From a virus (Duplodnaviria; Caudoviricetes), in IMG/VR virus record IMGVR_UViG_3300047576_000028, positions 33,002-97,001 of that record: 64,000 bases of DNA; one strand, given 5' to 3'. Numbering within the stretch: the stretch's first letter is position 1; every line of letters starts with the position of its first letter. The translations under genes and the position numbers were made by a program. The notes beneath the pieces were generated by a model, which saw only the letters and a list, made by a program, of their open reading frames with translations, did no database searches and was not told the origin of the DNA. Positions 1 through 9,997 of the stretch are shown piece after piece.

Positions 1-990
1 CAGGCGCACAAAAGCGGCGGTCTTGCCCTGCATCGAGGCATAATTAGTCCACGGGTTGGGTGAACCGGAACTCTGCCCAGGGCTGTTCCCGGCATTCTCT
101 GGATACTGCGGGCTTACTAATAGCGTGCCGTCGCCCGGACCCGCCTCGGCACCCTGCCATGGGGTGCCAGAGACCATTCCGGCAAACGTCTGCCCTAAGG
201 TTTGATTGCCGAGCATATACTCGACATAAACGTTGCGCCCGAACAGACTCCATTGCGTACCTATCCATCCGGTCGCACCAGATACTCCGGGGGTTACCGT
301 GACAGGCTGGCCGCCGTTGAGTACCGTGAACGTGATACTTACGCCAGACACTCGTGACAATGTCGCGACGATGAAGTTACCGTTCAGGCTGGTATACTCG
401 TCAGCAATAGACCCGCCAGGTCCCTCTACTTGATAAATGCGGATCGGAAAGCCAACCTGAATCGCCGGTATATCGTAATGGGACGACACTACCGTTACAA
501 CGTCGTTAGCCCTGGTGATGGAATCGCCACTTGCTAGTTGTATGCGCGTTTGGGCCGGGCTATAGCTGGTGCCACCAATGGCAGGCCATGTGTTAGGGAG
601 AAGGTTGGGGGTTACCGCCGTAGGGTCTATAGACACAACAGCCTGATTGAACAGCATCGTATCGACGCTCAAGACTGGGTGCGCGCAGAGCACAAAAACC
701 ATGTCGAGCATTTGGTTATTGTGACCCCAGTTGTATATGTAGACCAAGGTGCCACCGAGTTTGCCTTGCCCGTAGAGTACATCCCACGTCTTGATCGGGT
801 TGCGTATAGCGCTTCCCGTTCCGGGTTTGCGGTCTCCAGCTATCAGCGTACCTATCCCGCTAGCGGCAAGCCCAATTCCGGCCGATATCATATAGCCGGA
901 TGCCGGGTTAAATTCGCTAGTGAGCGCGCCGACGACGACCAGGCCGATGCCGCCGATTGTTTTGAGAATACCAGTATCTTGGGATGTCAT
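1..990 (-). CDS. Tail tip / central tail fibre (host-specificity J-like) protein, running off the left edge of the window
   Basis: Not in the ORF track. Manual translation from ATG 990 (ATGA overlap with the previous stop) gives MTSQDTGILKTIGGIGLVVVGAL...IRNPIKTWDVLYGQGKLGGTLVY..., typical of siphophage tail tip N-termini. Only the first ~110 codons were read by hand. Confidence 0.65.
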   Translation of the reverse strand, partial: MTSQDTGILKTIGGIGLVVVGALTSEFNPASGYMISAGIGLAASGIGTLIAGDRKPGTGSAIRNPIKTWDVLYGQGKLGGTLVYIYNWGHNNQMLDMVFVLCAHPVLSVDTMLFNQAVVSIDPTAVTPNLLPNTWPAIGGTSYSPAQTRIQLASGDSITRANDVVTVVSSHYDIPAIQVGFPIRIYQVEGPGGSIADEYTSLNGNFIVATLSRVSGVSITFTVLNGGQPVTVTPGVSGATGWIGTQWSLFGRNVYVEYMLGNQTLGQTFAGMVSGTPWQGAEAGPGDGTLLVSPQYPENAGNSPGQSSGSPNPWTNYASMQGKTAAFVRL

Positions 991-1625
991 ACAGCGGTGG
1001 CACCTAGAGCTATCAGCGCGGTCTCGTGGCGAGACGCGAACGACGGGCTATTGGTGGCGTTGGAGTTGGCCGTGGTGCCCCAATTGATCGTAGTCTCTTG
1101 CACAGAATTGACAAAATTGAAGCCGACATCTCCCGGCCAATCCATTTGCTGATCCTGCTGCGTGTACCTGCGGTCCACCGGTACGTTGAGTGTGACTAGC
1201 AGGTTCTCGCAGTTGATGTCTATGGTGGCGCTCGTTGCGGATAGTCGTACGTTAGGTTGATCTGTTACGCCAGACCACAACAGTACCGGACTGTTTACTG
1301 GCGCCCCGCCAGACATGGCAGCTAGCCAGATTTGCACCGGCAGCCCTAGTTGCAGATCATTGAGAGACTCGCTCAGCAGCGTTGGGTCGATGCCGCTAAG
1401 CGATATAATTACGCCGCGCGCCTCTACCGTAGAGCCTTCCTCAATTTGTTGCCCAAGCGACAGGAAACTTCCCATGCCGGTCCATGTCAACGAATTCCAG
1501 CTTACCGGCCCCGCTCCGGTCCACATGTTAGCGGTGCCGGTCGAGAACGTCATTTGGACAAATATGGCTGGCTCGAAAGACGCGGAGATAGCTGCCAGCA
1601 TCGCGCTGGTCATGCTACGGGGCAT
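987..1625 (-). CDS. Minor tail protein
   Basis: Part of ORF 987..1691, likely start MPRSMTS at 1625. The C-terminal RRYTQQDQQ..PGDVGFNFV motif is typical of this tail-gene class. Lies after the distal tail gene. Confidence 0.65.
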   Translation of the reverse strand: MPRSMTSAMLAAISASFEPAIFVQMTFSTGTANMWTGAGPVSWNSLTWTGMGSFLSLGQQIEEGSTVEARGVIISLSGIDPTLLSESLNDLQLGLPVQIWLAAMSGGAPVNSPVLLWSGVTDQPNVRLSATSATIDINCENLLVTLNVPVDRRYTQQDQQMDWPGDVGFNFVNSVQETTINWGTTANSNATNSPSFASRHETALIALGATAV

Positions 1626-1810
1626 TGTGGCCTTCCATATACTCTTCCAGGTCTCCCCACGGCCCATTGCCGCACTTCTGGCATGCGCCATCTACGATTG
1701 CCACACCGCATGAGCGGCAGATAGGCCCGAGACGCGCGCGCGGACGCACAAGGCAGTAAGCCAAGTGCGCAACTCCACACACAGCCGGAAGTATGAGCCA
1801 GAAACGCAAA

Positions 1811-2434
1811 TCAGTAAGCCTCGCGCGCGTCGATTGAGATACCGTACATTTTGGTCTCGCGGACACTGTGCTTCCCGGAATTTTCTTTAAGCCGCCACAG
1901 GCCGGTAGTATTAGACACAATCACGGTATCACCATTGTTAGGAGACACGCGCAGGCTAGGATACAGTCCGAGTGTGCCGCCGCTCAAAGAGGTGACGCGG
2001 TAAAGGTATCCAATCGACATGCTCGGGACGTTTACCTGTATCCAGTCCGCAACCCGCAACCCGCTACCGCCAGAGGTAATGAGCGAGAAGCCTGTCTGAT
2101 TAGCGCCGTTAACTATGTACGTTCCTGTGATCGTTCCCTGCGTCGATGTGTTGAGCGGGTCGCCAAGCTGAAAGAGGTTCAGAATGCCCTGTAGCGATTC
2201 CATCCACGCGACGAATGCCAGCGCTTGCGCGTTACTCATCGATTGAAACGTGAATGATACCTCACGAGGACCAGCTCCCCAATATTGCGTCTGTTGCTGT
2301 CCGGTGAAGGGATTCGTTAACTCTCCGACGATATCGTTCCTCATCCATTCCATCGTTCGCGGCACTATCGCGTGTCCATTGGCGATGACGGATGGAAGAT
2401 TAAGTACGGTCCCGCCAAGATAGGTTGTAGGCAT
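1811..2434 (-). CDS. Distal tail-like protein
   Basis: Directly downstream of the tape measure gene; NPFTGQQQTQYW motif; 207 aa. Confidence 0.6.
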   Translation of the reverse strand: MPTTYLGGTVLNLPSVIANGHAIVPRTMEWMRNDIVGELTNPFTGQQQTQYWGAGPREVSFTFQSMSNAQALAFVAWMESLQGILNLFQLGDPLNTSTQGTITGTYIVNGANQTGFSLITSGGSGLRVADWIQVNVPSMSIGYLYRVTSLSGGTLGLYPSLRVSPNNGDTVIVSNTTGLWRLKENSGKHSVRETKMYGISIDAREAY

Positions 2435-2438
2435 TTAT

Positions 2439-4859
2439 CTATCTGCGAGGCATGCGGCGAGACCGCTCAGTAGTGGCGGACACGGCGCTCGCGATTGCGG
2501 AGTTCTGGACGCCAGACATCAATGCGCGCACGCGCCCTTCAACGCCAATATCCGCGCCGCGAAGATCTAGATTCCAGACGTGCGTATCGCCCCCCATTTT
2601 CGATGCTGGAATAACGGTTCCAGAGGTGCGCGGCGTAAAATACTCCTGTCCAGATTCCTGCCAGCCGTAAATCTTGCCGGGGACTACGTCGCCGCCAGAA
2701 GCCATCCAGCCGCCCACTTCAGAGTCGCCCATTTCAGAAGAGAAGCCAACTCCAGAAGCGGCACTCGTGCCTGTAGAAGAAGCGGAAGTTCCTAAAGCGG
2801 CACTCGCGCCTGTAGAAGAAGCGGAAGTTCCTGCGCCCTGTAATAGGCGTCGGAAGAATTGCAAGAATTTCAAGTCGATTGAGGTACCGTACAATTGCGT
2901 ACTGCCACCCGCGCTAGACGCTTCTGAAGTCCACGGCGATGCACTTACCGTCGGGCCGCCTGAACCTTGAGCATTCACAAGCTCCACATACAACGCCGTG
3001 GGCCGTGATTGCCCGGTACGATTTAGCTTAATGCCTAATGCCGTGCCTACCCTACCAAGACCTTGCTGCGCAAGAGATTTGACGCTGCTCGTGACCATCG
3101 ATTCGCCAATACCTTCAAACGTCTTTCCAAACGTCTTTCCGACATCGCCTTTCTTAATCTGTCCAGTAAGCAGCTTGCCAAGATCCTCAGATACGCGGTC
3201 CAACGCGGAATGCATCGCCTGATAGAAGATCTCACCGGCCTCCTCCGAATTGTGCTGCATGTCCATAAAGAACGATTTGACATTGTGCTGGGCGGGATTC
3301 AGTTCGGCGACCTGTTTCGCCATCTCTATATTCAATTTCAGGATTGCGTGATCGCGCGTGTCGATGGCTAATTTGGTTTCGAGTACCGTATTCCACTCAT
3401 GCATTTGCTCATAATAACGAGCCATAATGGCCGCGTATTCAACGTCCTGCTGCTTCGCTAACGTACCGGTTTTGTCGCTGGGATTGCCCGCAATCCCAAT
3501 CATATGAACATCAGCGGCGGTCCTGTCCTGTTTGGCTTCCTTGTTGATACGATTTATTTCATCGGCTACCTTCGTCGCTTGCTTGCCCCACTCTTCCGTC
3601 AAGTGCAAGCCTTCGCGGACCTGCACATTGATGTACTTCAAGAGGCCCTCTCTATCTTGAAGAGCGATTTTCTCTTGAAGCTCGTAACTCTCATTCATCA
3701 GCTTGCGGCTTTGTTCGGCTTCGGTATTCAGGACATTCTCGCGCTTGATCCGATACTCCTCGGCTATTCTCTCTACCAGTATTCCGTGATAATTTCCCTC
3801 TGTCTTCAGGTCCGCAATCCTTTGCTTTTCAGCCGCATCCACCGCTTGCATAGCGGTCAGTTGCTTCTCTTGAGCTTTGGCAATTTCGTCGTCCGCTTGC
3901 TTGACGGATTCCTTGTATTTCTTGGCGGCAGAGGCTCCGGCCTCTAGTCCGGCCGTTTCTGCATCTTTCTTCGCTGCCGCTGTTTGGAGGTTGATTAAAT
4001 CCCGCATCCGGTCTATGGCGGTGTTCGTGGCCTGCAACGCGCGAAGCGATTTCGTTTCGTCTATTCCTGGCCGCATGAAGGTGCCCTCAGCCGGAGATAA
4101 CGGAGACGCTGACATCGACACGCTAGTCGGTTTAGCCAGGCGGTTGGCTGTTTGGATCATGTCCTTTACCACAGCACTCGCCTGATTCAGAATTACCAGT
4201 TGATCTGCTGGATTGTTCGTACCGCCAAGAGCCTCTCTGATCTTCTGGAGATATTCATCAAGTTCGTCGGTGCCCCCAACTCCTAAAAGCTGCTTAAACC
4301 ACCCGACGCTTTCCTTCTTAATGACCTCATCCACCTTGCTTATGTCCTTATCCAGTTCCTCTCCTAACTTTTTCCCTGCCGCCACTGCCTCATCCAACTG
4401 TAACTTAAACACGTTCTCGTGCTTGCCGAGCAACTTGGCGATCTGGTTATCAAGCTTATCGTTGTGAACTTGCAAATCCGCTACAGACAATTCCATCGGC
4501 GCGGTAACTTCCCGAAAGGCGTCGGCTGCTTTCCTGGCGCTCTCCTCGGTCTTTTTGAAAAAGTCCACCACCTTGCCAGCCAGGCTAACAATCATGCCGG
4601 CGAAGGCGATACCGCCGATCAGCGGGAATGCGGCTTGCAGTGCTGGTCCAAGGTGAAGCGTCTGTGCAAGGAAACGGGCTACGCCGCGCGTATTGTTCCC
4701 AAGGTTGCCTTCCAACTCACGCAACGCTACGGTAGTAGGAGCCATCGCGCCTGCACCGCTGGCGCCAAAAGAACGCAATGCGCCCTTGCACTGTTCCAGC
4801 TGGGCATTCATTTTTGCAGTCCCGGCGGTTATATCGATACTGATCGTAGCTGCGCGCAT
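2439..4859 (-). CDS. Tail tape measure protein
   Basis: 806 aa, helical and Ala/Lys/Glu-rich, C-terminal ASGGDV..GKIY..ESGQEYFTP motif, follows the chaperone genes. Confidence 0.85.
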   Translation of the reverse strand: MRAATISIDITAGTAKMNAQLEQCKGALRSFGASGAGAMAPTTVALRELEGNLGNNTRGVARFLAQTLHLGPALQAAFPLIGGIAFAGMIVSLAGKVVDFFKKTEESARKAADAFREVTAPMELSVADLQVHNDKLDNQIAKLLGKHENVFKLQLDEAVAAGKKLGEELDKDISKVDEVIKKESVGWFKQLLGVGGTDELDEYLQKIREALGGTNNPADQLVILNQASAVVKDMIQTANRLAKPTSVSMSASPLSPAEGTFMRPGIDETKSLRALQATNTAIDRMRDLINLQTAAAKKDAETAGLEAGASAAKKYKESVKQADDEIAKAQEKQLTAMQAVDAAEKQRIADLKTEGNYHGILVERIAEEYRIKRENVLNTEAEQSRKLMNESYELQEKIALQDREGLLKYINVQVREGLHLTEEWGKQATKVADEINRINKEAKQDRTAADVHMIGIAGNPSDKTGTLAKQQDVEYAAIMARYYEQMHEWNTVLETKLAIDTRDHAILKLNIEMAKQVAELNPAQHNVKSFFMDMQHNSEEAGEIFYQAMHSALDRVSEDLGKLLTGQIKKGDVGKTFGKTFEGIGESMVTSSVKSLAQQGLGRVGTALGIKLNRTGQSRPTALYVELVNAQGSGGPTVSASPWTSEASSAGGSTQLYGTSIDLKFLQFFRRLLQGAGTSASSTGASAALGTSASSTGTSAASGVGFSSEMGDSEVGGWMASGGDVVPGKIYGWQESGQEYFTPRTSGTVIPASKMGGDTHVWNLDLRGADIGVEGRVRALMSGVQNSAIASAVSATTERSRRMPRR

Positions 4860-4862
4860 AAC

Positions 4863-5414
4863 TTACGCTACCTTATCAAACTCTGCCGCTACACTCGCCC
4901 AGCTTGTGCCCGTGACTAGCGTCTCTTCGAGTGACCGCACAAATGCCTCGACCGCGTCATCTGCCGACTCGAATGCAGCGGGCCGCATAAATGGATGCGG
5001 AGGGACAATTCCCAACACTTTACCGACGTAGTTTTTCATTCGATCAGCCCACTTGGCGCCGTGTGCGATCATTCGATGACCGTACTCAACGAACCGGGCT
5101 ACATCGCCGTATTTGCCAAAGTTAATCGAGGCTACACCGCCGTCCTCGGCAAAGTAAATATCCGTTCGGATATGAAGTGATAAACTGCCGGGATAGGCAA
5201 ACATCCCAGCCGGATATTCAGCGACCGGCGTCCATCTCTCCAAAGCATTAAAGACAGGTACGGCGGCCGCTACTAGGGCGCGGGCGAATCCAATCTTTCG
5301 TACGTCTCCAGGCACGCGATCCAGCATCGCACACGCCTCCTCAATGCCGCTAATCTGGATGCCAAATCCCTCATTCTCGCCAATGACCGCGCCGGTTCCC
5401 GTTAGGTATGGCAT
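4863..5414 (-). CDS. HK97 gp10-like tail/neck protein
   Basis: ARFVEYGH...PPHPFMRPAAF motif. Confidence 0.75.
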   Translation of the reverse strand: MPYLTGTGAVIGENEGFGIQISGIEEACAMLDRVPGDVRKIGFARALVAAAVPVFNALERWTPVAEYPAGMFAYPGSLSLHIRTDIYFAEDGGVASINFGKYGDVARFVEYGHRMIAHGAKWADRMKNYVGKVLGIVPPHPFMRPAAFESADDAVEAFVRSLEETLVTGTSWASVAAEFDKVA

Positions 5415-5752
5415 TATCCTTCCGCCTTTGGATTCACCGTGACAATCGGGGAATTCGGCTGCTTCCTCATCTCGTCAACCCAAGCGCGCACGTCCCGCTC
5501 TACCTGCTTGCGATTGATGCGGTCGCGTTTACCGCGCTCGGATGGTTCCTTGTCATCGTTGCCGCGTCCCAACATATCATTCGGCGTCAACTGTTTCTTT
5601 GGAGCGTGAAAACTCCAGTTGGCAACGGTTGCTGCGATCAGCCCGGTCAGGAATTCCTGATGCTCAACCATTTCGGCATATGTATCGATCAGGACGTAGA
5701 ACTGGTGGGGCGTCAACTCCAAGAATTCCGCGTCCGTTAACCGCAGCAGCAC
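5414..5752 (-). CDS. Tail assembly chaperone, T part (probably reached by a -1 frameshift)
   Basis: EFLELTPHQF motif; this reading frame stays open upstream to about 5880, overlapping the end of chaperone G. Confidence 0.65.
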   Translation of the reverse strand: MLLRLTDAEFLELTPHQFYVLIDTYAEMVEHQEFLTGLIAATVANWSFHAPKKQLTPNDMLGRGNDDKEPSERGKRDRINRKQVERDVRAWVDEMRKQPNSPIVTVNPKAEG

Positions 5753-5784
5753 GCGCGCCTGCGACCAGAAACGCTCCCATAATT

Positions 5785-6216
5785 CTAGGTGACTGAGGCT
5801 CCGCTGTTTTCGGCCTGCGGATCGGCCTCGGGAGGGACCGTTTTCTCGAATGAGACCCCGTAGGAAGTGAGCAAGGCTTCATGGATACCTCCAGCCGCCC
5901 CCTCGGCCATCGCTATCTCCAGGAGGTTGCCCGCTTCCTCAAGTGTAATGCCGGGGATTAACTTGCCCTTATCGTCGCGAGTTGGGCCGTGCGCTTTTTG
6001 GAGTGCAGCATACAGCAGTGCGCGAAACTGGGATGCTGACATGTCTCCCACGATCGCCGCTTTCATCCCGCCCAAAAGGTTTAGGCCGGTTAGTTTTTCC
6101 GCTTCCGATATGGCATTGAATTTGAACGCCAAATCGTAGGACTTCCCGCCGATGACGACCGGCACGAAGTTAACGGCGGGCATCGCGCCGGTTCCTTCAA
6201 CTGTCCGTTTGCTCAT
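5785..6216 (-). CDS. Tail assembly chaperone G
   Basis: Likely start MSKRTVEG at 6216; GKSYDLAFKFNAISEAEKLTG motif; follows the tail tube gene. Confidence 0.7.
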   Translation of the reverse strand: MSKRTVEGTGAMPAVNFVPVVIGGKSYDLAFKFNAISEAEKLTGLNLLGGMKAAIVGDMSASQFRALLYAALQKAHGPTRDDKGKLIPGITLEEAGNLLEIAMAEGAAGGIHEALLTSYGVSFEKTVPPEADPQAENSGASVT

Positions 6217-6221
6217 GGGTT

Positions 6222-6704
6222 TTAGGTACCTAGCGCCTCTACTATGGGTCCGCTGATCTTTAGCGAGTACTGCGTTTTGATCGTTTTGTCTGGCTTGATA
6301 TTGCCGATGTTGTTGAACTCCTCGACCATGGCGTAAAAAAACAACTGGTCTCCAGTTGTGCTCTGCCACGCAGCGATTGGCATCCTGACATTGTAAAGCA
6401 CTACGGTTGGCGGGACGCCATTGAATGACGCCTTGACGAGAACCTGACCGGCATCATTCGATACGCGATTCATGACTCCGCTCATCTTTCCTGGCGTAAG
6501 AATCGTAGGGATGAACTCTTCCGCCGTCGATTGCAGGTTCGTGGCGTCATCCGATTTGTTTTGGACTCCCTGTTGAGTGAAGTCGGATACTTCACCGACT
6601 AACGTGAACGATGCCGAGGAGCTTGAGCTTGTTACCAACAGGCTGTTGGCTATCAATACGAGCGTTTGGTTTCCACTCTGCGCTTTAGTCTTTAGGTAAG
6701 ACAT
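6222..6704 (-). CDS. Major tail (tube) protein
   Basis: 160 aa; DDATNLQSTAEEFIPTILTPG and C-terminal LKISG motifs; gene position. Confidence 0.75.
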   Translation of the reverse strand: MSYLKTKAQSGNQTLVLIANSLLVTSSSSSASFTLVGEVSDFTQQGVQNKSDDATNLQSTAEEFIPTILTPGKMSGVMNRVSNDAGQVLVKASFNGVPPTVVLYNVRMPIAAWQSTTGDQLFFYAMVEEFNNIGNIKPDKTIKTQYSLKISGPIVEALGT

Positions 6705-6731
6705 CTGATATCACCTCTGTGTGGTTTAGAA

Positions 6732-7451
6732 CTAGACGTGTACTAATCGTGGATCGCATGGCAGTTCCGTCCATTGCGGTCCAATACTGAAACGACAACT
6801 TGAGTTACCACTGTGGTTGGATGCGACAACGTACTCTTCGCCATCAACGGCAACCGCTTCACCTGCGGCTAACGCTTCCGCCCAGAATGCATCGTCCTCG
6901 GAATTCTGAATAGCAGGGAAAGGGTGCCGCCGCCACCAGTCGCGGCGATAGCACTGTGTCAAGCCGGGGGCATAATCGTGTGGACCTTGCCATCTAAACC
7001 ACTGCGACATCGGCTTGCTGCGCCCAGACTGATCGGTCGGATTACGGCGCGGCATGTAGGTTTCCGTAACCACGCGCATAGGTCTATCTTCATGGGCCAG
7101 CATTGCGTGGTAGCCAGTTACCGATTTGCCGCTGGCTTCGAGCGTATCAATCTGATGAGCGATGCGGCGCGGACTGGAGATATCGTCTGAGTCAAAATGA
7201 ACAATATAGACGCCGTGCGCAAGAGCGCAAGCTAGATTCCTCTTTTCTCCGACCGTAGTATGCTTCAGCGACAAATACGTCGCCCCGTCCAGTCCTTCGT
7301 CGTGGCGCGGAAAACTGGGGTCGTCAAGATCATCAACCACTACCAACTCCGTGTTGGGCCACGTACTCTCATGGAACGACTCGACCGCCCGGCGCGCCAT
7401 CTCCAGCCTGCCTTTGGTGGGAATAATCGCGGTTACTAAGGGACAGTTCAT
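6732..7451 (-). CDS. Glycosyltransferase family 2
   Basis: VTAIIPT, ELVVVDD, GEKRN, HFDSDD (DxD) and ED motifs. Confidence 0.85.
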   Translation of the reverse strand: MNCPLVTAIIPTKGRLEMARRAVESFHESTWPNTELVVVDDLDDPSFPRHDEGLDGATYLSLKHTTVGEKRNLACALAHGVYIVHFDSDDISSPRRIAHQIDTLEASGKSVTGYHAMLAHEDRPMRVVTETYMPRRNPTDQSGRSKPMSQWFRWQGPHDYAPGLTQCYRRDWWRRHPFPAIQNSEDDAFWAEALAAGEAVAVDGEEYVVASNHSGNSSCRFSIGPQWTELPCDPRLVHV

Positions 7452-7606
7452 TGAGGTCTACGGGGAGGTTGCGCGATCTCGCAGGGCTGGCGAAACTCCA
7501 AGTTGAGCCGAGCGAAAATCAAGACTAGCTCGCCGTTGCCTGCGCCGCCAGAACGCCATAAACAACTCCCGAACTGTGCGCATTGTCTCCATCGTTTCTC
7601 CTATCT

Positions 7607-8014
7607 TCAGATCTGGCTGTACCGGCATTCATATTCTAAGGATCGGACGTAGGAACGGTTCGCATCTGAATAACCGTCAATGAACGCTTCCTTGCGAAAG
7701 ATGCCCTGCACTACGGTGGCGTCCGTATCGGGAAGGGTACCGGCGAACCCTCCGCGCAATACATTATCTATCGCGTAGGCGAGCGAGATCGCGTTTGCCA
7801 TAGTGTAGCCGTGACAGTCTACTTGAATCTCAAGAACAGTAAGGCCATCCTGTCCCTCAAGTACGTAGGTCGCTTCCGAAATGATAGCCCGCACCGTCCA
7901 TGCCGAGGAGGCTGTAGCGGAAATCTGGTTGGGCGGCAGTTGCACCATGAAGCCAGGAGCCGGTTGCGCTCCTAACCCTTCCTCAATCAGGAGTTGCAGT
8001 CCAGCTTCTATCAC
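7607..8014 (-). CDS. Tail completion/terminator protein (DUF3168-like)
   Basis: IQVDC motif, 135 aa, gene position; its GTG start is the TCAC target motif of the adjacent mini-element. Confidence 0.65.
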   Translation of the reverse strand: MIEAGLQLLIEEGLGAQPAPGFMVQLPPNQISATASSAWTVRAIISEATYVLEGQDGLTVLEIQVDCHGYTMANAISLAYAIDNVLRGGFAGTLPDTDATVVQGIFRKEAFIDGYSDANRSYVRSLEYECRYSQI

Positions 8015-8092
8015 TAAGTTTTCTCCGAGAAGCCCCTGATATTTTGCATGTGGAATCTAAAAGCCCCTGGCTTTAGCCGTGGAGTTGCTTAC
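8015..8092 (+). mobile_element. Family-A IS200/IS605 miniature element (78 bp, internally deleted)
   Basis: Preceded by TCAC; left end aagttttctccgagaagcccctga fused to right end ...aaagcccctggctttagccgtggagttgcTTAC, matching the end of the tnpB at 48.4-49.6 kb. Confidence 0.85.
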
Positions 8093-8301
8093 TTGGTGGC
8101 AATCCTGAAGCCAGCATCGAGTATCAGGAACTCGCAGCCAGTGCGGGCCTTGGCTCCAGCCAAATAGGTCTCAATATCGGACAGTGATTCTTTGTCCAAT
8201 GGTTCCGCGCATTCGATGACGTACACGCCGCCGCGCTTCAACTGTATTGGCTGTTCTCCGGGAGGACCGCGGCGCAGCCAGTCCCACAGACGCTTGCGCA
8301 T
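8089..8301 (-). CDS. Hypothetical protein; stop codon supplied by the element right end
   Basis: 70-aa ORF within the operon; TAA is the complement of the TTA in TTAC. Confidence 0.55.
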   Translation of the reverse strand: MRKRLWDWLRRGPPGEQPIQLKRGGVYVIECAEPLDKESLSDIETYLAGAKARTGCEFLILDAGFRIATK

Positions 8302-8663
8302 TAGGTAGCACCGCCGATAGCGAGACAGGTCAGCCGCGTTATCACATTCACCTCGTGTTCGTTCTCAACAGATTGGACTATCCACTGTCCACTAGGAGTT
8401 TGTAGTCTGCAACCTCCGATGAAGACTGGGTTATACCACATTGTACACTCCATAATCGAAATGGATATGTCTTGCCCTGCTTTCACCAGATCCGTGCCGT
8501 GCATGTATTCCACTTGCGCCATTACCATGGTCGGATTGTCACCAGGTCCCCAAGTGACAACGCCTCCAGATATCGGGTCAGTCCCCGGAATCGCCACTAG
8601 AAGCGTGACAGGAGTGCGAAATTTTCCAGGATTACAAACAGGCCAACTAGTCTTGCGCGGCAT
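8301..8663 (-). CDS. Head-tail adaptor (head closure) protein
   Basis: NPGKFRTPVTL N-terminus of the gp16-like G.LR..ITI type; size and position. Confidence 0.7.
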   Translation of the reverse strand: MPRKTSWPVCNPGKFRTPVTLLVAIPGTDPISGGVVTWGPGDNPTMVMAQVEYMHGTDLVKAGQDISISIMECTMWYNPVFIGGCRLQTPSGQWIVQSVENEHEVNVITRLTCLAIGGAT

Positions 8664-8666
8664 CGG

Positions 8667-9689
8667 CTATATCCACAGGCGATTGCTGCCGAACAAGGCT
8701 GCGACGGCAAATGGCGGCTCTGCCACGAACCTGATGGCGTCATACGGCACCCTGTCCGTGAACCATTGATTGACAAGCAGAGTCATGCCTTGCGCGATAC
8801 TGGTCTTCACTACCGGGGCAGACGCTGTGGTCAGTGCCGTGACATTGAAGGTAGCGCCAGCGCCATATCCGCCAGTCGTGATGTAGGGCGTGCTTATCGA
8901 ATTGACGGCGTACAGCGAACCTGGATCGTATATGCTCCACGTCAATGGGTTACCGACGCTATCCACCGTGAGAAGCTGCAATGTACCACCATATCCTCCA
9001 CCATTAGTCACGCCGTTATCATTGGCATCATACACGCGCTCTGCCGGTGACAGAAATAATAGGTCTCCAACTTGATAACCTCCGGCTCCAGGAGATACCA
9101 ACGTAACTGCCGAGATCCCAGTCTGGACATACCACCAAGGGATGAAACCGCTCAGGAATCCTACATGAATGGCGGATGAGGGCCAGAGGTTAGTCACGGG
9201 CCATCCAGTACTCGGCGGTGAAGGATAGATAATGCCCGGCTCCTTCCACGAGTCCACGATGTAGTCTGGCACTCCACCAGCCGCCACAGAGGCGGGCGTG
9301 CCTTGCACCAGATTGTGCAATACACCGCAAGAATCGTAGTAGTAGGCGTACTGCACAGATACTAGCGGGGCCGGTAGTTGTATGGCGTTGAGGTTGGCCG
9401 GGATATTATTCAGTAGGCGGTAAGCATCGGAGGGCCAGGACCCAAAGTAGGGATTGGCGATTGAGCAAGGGTCGAACATCGGTATACCGGGCCACTGGTC
9501 AATCGCAAGATCCCACTGTTTCAGCGTCATCTGACGCCCATTCCAGATTTCCGCCATCATGCGCGCCGCTACAATCAGACCGCCAATGTATTGATCCTGA
9601 TCCGTTAGCGTCGTGTAGCGTAACTGTGCTTTCGCCTGCGACACTTGAACCGCTTCAACACCTGAATCGGAGATGAGTTTAAGATTCAT
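8667..9689 (-). CDS. Head-tail connector (gp6-like) with a Gly-rich inserted domain
   Basis: N-terminal EAVQVSQAKAQLRY..DQYIGGLIVAAR and C-terminal IAQGMTLLVNQWFTDR motifs; 340 aa, much longer than typical. Confidence 0.7.
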   Translation of the reverse strand: MNLKLISDSGVEAVQVSQAKAQLRYTTLTDQDQYIGGLIVAARMMAEIWNGRQMTLKQWDLAIDQWPGIPMFDPCSIANPYFGSWPSDAYRLLNNIPANLNAIQLPAPLVSVQYAYYYDSCGVLHNLVQGTPASVAAGGVPDYIVDSWKEPGIIYPSPPSTGWPVTNLWPSSAIHVGFLSGFIPWWYVQTGISAVTLVSPGAGGYQVGDLLFLSPAERVYDANDNGVTNGGGYGGTLQLLTVDSVGNPLTWSIYDPGSLYAVNSISTPYITTGGYGAGATFNVTALTTASAPVVKTSIAQGMTLLVNQWFTDRVPYDAIRFVAEPPFAVAALFGSNRLWI

Positions 9690-9697
9690 CCATCAGC

Positions 9698-9997
9698 CTA
9701 CGGTCGCTTATCAGGCGGATACTTCGCGACTCTTTGAGTGACCACGGGCCTCTCGCTCGATGGAATGGAGACCTCGGCTAGAGGTTGAATAGCCTTTTCT
9801 TCAATCGGCGTCGTTGGAGGTGGCGCAATTACCACGGCGACCCCAGCCATCACCAATTGGGCGGCGCGGGCCGCTGGAAATCCAGCCTTCTCGCCTGCAT
9901 TATAAATATCACAGTGACGGAGAAATTCCACCGTTACCACCGGTGAGCCAACTGCCTTCTTGCCTGGCCACGCGAAGGCCATATCTTCACCTGTCAT
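9698..9997 (-). CDS. Small capsid-associated protein
   Basis: VEFLRH..YNAGEKAGFP..RAAQLV..GVA, a domain common after capsid genes. Confidence 0.5.
   Translation of the reverse strand: MTGEDMAFAWPGKKAVGSPVVTVEFLRHCDIYNAGEKAGFPAARAAQLVMAGVAVVIAPPPTTPIEEKAIQPLAEVSIPSSERPVVTQRVAKYPPDKRP

Noticed and set aside
2755-2832. 39-bp tandem duplications (tape measure; also about 44914-44992)
   Set aside because: Two-copy in-frame duplications within proteins, with no array structure.
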